The notes below the pieces were generated by a model. The model was given only the letters and a program-made list of their open reading frames with translations. It was not told the DNA's origin and did no database searches. A stretch of DNA of 64,000 nucleotides from Eledone cirrhosa (lineage: Eukaryota), in contig OZ024753.1 of the NCBI GenBank assembly GCA_964016885.1, forward strand, positions 45,942,001 through 46,006,000, written 5' to 3'. Below are positions 61,156 through 64,000 of the stretch, piece after piece. A program made the translations under genes and the position numbers. Numbering within the stretch: the stretch's first letter is position 1; each line of letters opens with the position of its first letter.

Positions 61156-61819
61156 TGTCTATTGGCATAAGTTCTTTTATCTATACATTAAAATCGAGAG
61201 AAAAATGAAATAAAAAAAATACTCGACTAAAACGGTTGCCCACCACCATCAAAGATAACGAGGAATTCTCCAGGAATTCTGCAGTTTTTTTTAATTTACA
61301 GTTAGTGCATATAGGTTAATAGAAGGTGACTGTGATAAATACATTAAGAAAATAACTGGTAATATATCGCTTATTGAACCACAACTTATTGACCTCCGGG
61401 AGACGGTAACTTCCTTGTAAGTTAATATCTAAGAGAAAACTTAATCTATGAAGACTTAATATGTTAACACATTATTTGCCTAGTTTGTTCTCATAACAAC
61501 AGCAACAGCAACCACGACAATCTCAGTTTGTTTCTGTGTGTCTGATTTATTGTTGACATGAGTCTGTAATTAAATACATTTTAATTAATTATATATAACA
61601 TATAACTTTTAATTTAATACTGAGTGTATACAGCGTTAAAGTTTTCATAGCATCGTTAGAGTGTCAGACGAAATAGTTTAGGCGATTTATTCTGGCTTCT
61701 TTCATTTTTATTTCAATTTTCACAAAGAGACATTATTTCCCTTCATTATTAAATTACAGGTTTATGGAGATATTGTTTCATGGATGCATAATCTGATATT
61801 TGTGGTAAAAAAAAATCTC

Positions 61820-62060
61820 TCTCGGGCTCAGAGGTTCATCGGGCCGGTGCGTCTCCCGGTTTCCCTGGTGTTAAAATACTGAGAATACATGGCTACAAAA
61901 ATGACCCTGGACAAGACGCCAGTCCATTGTAGGGTTATCCCTCCCAACTTTTGCTGGTACTCAATGTGAAATGAAGTGTTACCAGCACAACACACAACCA
62001 AGTCTAGGAATCGTACCCACGGCATTATGATCTTAAGTCCACAGCACTTACACGCCTCCA
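61820..62060 (-). mobile_element. tRNA-derived SINE, second family (Meta-SINE-like tail)
   Basis: Minus: TGGAGGCG head, GGTACGATTCC B box, and tail AACCCTACAATGGACTGGCGTCTTGTCCAGGG...GAAACCGGG..CCGGCCCGATGAACC. Confidence 0.8.
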
Positions 62061-62251
62061 CACCATTTATAGAACAGTGGAAGTAGAACTAAATCATAAA
62101 TTACCTCAGTTGTGTTTTCCATAGATATCTTTGTTACAATTACTGCTTCTGCTGTTTGGAACCATATCGTGTATATTTGACCAAACTTTTCACCACAAAG
62201 ACACACTAAACATTTGACTGGTCAAAGGGTGTTTATATCTGCATTATAATT

Positions 62252-62440
62252 AGGCGGTGAATTGGCAGTATCGGTAGAGGGTCGGACACCATGTTTACCA
62301 GCATAGTTGCGTCCCTTTACGGTCTGAATTCAAATCCCGTCGAGGTTAACTTTACCTTTCATCCTTACAGGGTCGATAAAAGAAAGCACTAGTAACGTAC
62401 CGGGTAATTGCTGGCCTCGTGCCAAAAGTAGAAACAATTA
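62252..62440 (+). mobile_element. tRNA-derived SINE with Nin-domain-like core
   Basis: A-box-like TGGCAGTATCGGTAG, B-box-like GAATTCAAATCC and core ACTTTACCTTTCATCCTTACAGGGTCGATAAAA. Confidence 0.85.
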
Positions 62441-62956
62441 TAGTTAGGTATATCAGCTCGTGGTGGGGCGAGATATATAACAGTTATGAATAGAATGTGA
62501 AACATCTATTTATAAGATCACACATGTTGTTGAGTTATGCAAGCAGAATGCAGTAGCTCTAATGGGGGAAATCGAAACCATGATATTACAATCCCTGACA
62601 CAAAATCTATGATTGCAATAAAATTTTACTATGTTTTGGTTGACCGAACTGGAAACGAAAGAAAACTAACAGCAACTCTAATAATAGTTTGCATAATTAA
62701 GTTTCTTCGTCTCAACCGCACAGTTGAGTAATACCATCCATCCGTATATCTTACAAATTAATTCGTCTGATTAAATTTCCATTGGATTATATATCACGTA
62801 ATAAACGTGTAGAAATCATATATCTTATAGATTGCTTTATCTCATTTCTTATCAATTCATCTTCATCTCATCTCTTTTACTTTAGTCATTCACTTATACA
62901 TTTCTTCAGCCTCTGATCGAAACTTACTTCTATTTGAGAAGGGGAGGGGGTGATCC

Positions 62957-63112
62957 TGTTGGTGGTGGTGTTGGTGGTGTTGGTGGTGGTGGTTGTGGTG
63001 GTGCTGCTGCTGCTGGTTGTGCTGGTGGTAGTGGTGGTGGTGTTGGTGGTACTGTTGGTGATGGTACTGGTGGTGGTGGTGCTGGTTGTGCTGGTGATAG
63101 TGGTGCTTCTGG

Positions 63113-63143
<31 letters not shown>

Positions 63144-63262
63144 GGTGGTGGTAGTGGTGGTAGTGATGGTGGTGGTGGTGCTGCTGCTGCTGGTGGTGGT
63201 AGTGTGGTGGCGCTGGTGCTAGTAGTGTGCTGGTGGTAGTGTGGTGGTGCTGGTGGTAGGTG
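62957..63262. repeat. Degenerate (GGT/GCT)n trinucleotide tract
   Basis: Direct reading. Confidence 0.9.
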
Positions 63263-64000
63263 TATAGATGTATTGGTGGGGGTGCGCCGTGTATTACTGT
63301 CTGGGCGAAATAAAATAAATGTGATCTGAATGTGTACGTTTGTGTGTGCATGTGTGTGCACGTGTGCGAGAGTGAGTGTGTGAGTTTATGTGTGTTTGTA
63401 AGTGCATGCCTGTAAGTGTGTGTGTGTATGTGAGTGCATGCATGTAAGTGTGTGTTGTTTTCTCTGGTAATTTAAAAATCAATCAAGTCATGACACAAAC
63501 AAAACTAGAACACTAACGAATATAACTGGAGGATACGATTCTTTATCAAACGTTACAATATCTTTACTTTACTTGATATCGATTCACGTTTGACGAGGTA
63601 ACATTGTGTTTAATGTAACAATCAGGAAACCGTAGTTAATATTCACTCATTCCTTTCAATAGTTCATTCTTCCTTTCTGCCTTTCTGTCTTTATTTGTTT
63701 ATTTATTACTTATTTACTCTCTTTCTCTCATTTATTTATTCAACTATATATTTATTGTTTCGTTATCTTTTCATATTGCTAGAGTTATCTTTTCTTCTTT
63801 TGTTTCGGGACATGTTTATATTTAATTCTTTGATTTTCTTTCAATATGTATTACTCACAGTATTATTTTTATTATTAATACTAACATTATTATTTTCATT
63901 AAAATTCTTTGTTGTAGAAGTTGCTGGGGTTTTTTTTTTATTTTCATTAAATAAAGTATGTTTTTGTTTCATTCATCTTTTACATTAGGAATAGCTTTAG

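Noticed and set aside
62252-62345. tRNA gene candidate
   Set aside because: A and B boxes belong to a SINE head and there is no cloverleaf.
62890-63361. His/Gln-rich and Pro-rich (formin-like) ORFs
   Set aside because: (GGT)n-type repeat open in several frames on both strands, with no flanking domain.

Overview
AT-rich, microsatellite-saturated animal genomic DNA. The SINE repertoire and (TA)n/(CA)n density suggest an octopus/cephalopod (inference). I found no host protein-coding exon I can support, so the window looks intronic or intergenic, and nearly all listed ORFs are microsatellite read-throughs. Real coding remnants are retroelement fragments: RTE-clade 3' ends (one with a twin-priming-type 5' inversion), a CRE-clade endonuclease C-terminus and a decayed L1/Tx1-like endonuclease. 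There are also tRNA-derived SINEs, Tc1/mariner MITEs, a Helitron-like element and several minisatellites. The most notable signal is a set of short modules embedded in (TA)n tracts. Two carry complete type I hammerhead ribozyme cores (47721-47787 and 55737-55792, both minus strand). Several others look like degenerate, internally deleted or palindromised hammerheads, which points to a Penelope-like/retrozyme-type ribozyme mini-element family associated with (TA)n. All structures were folded and aligned by eye.
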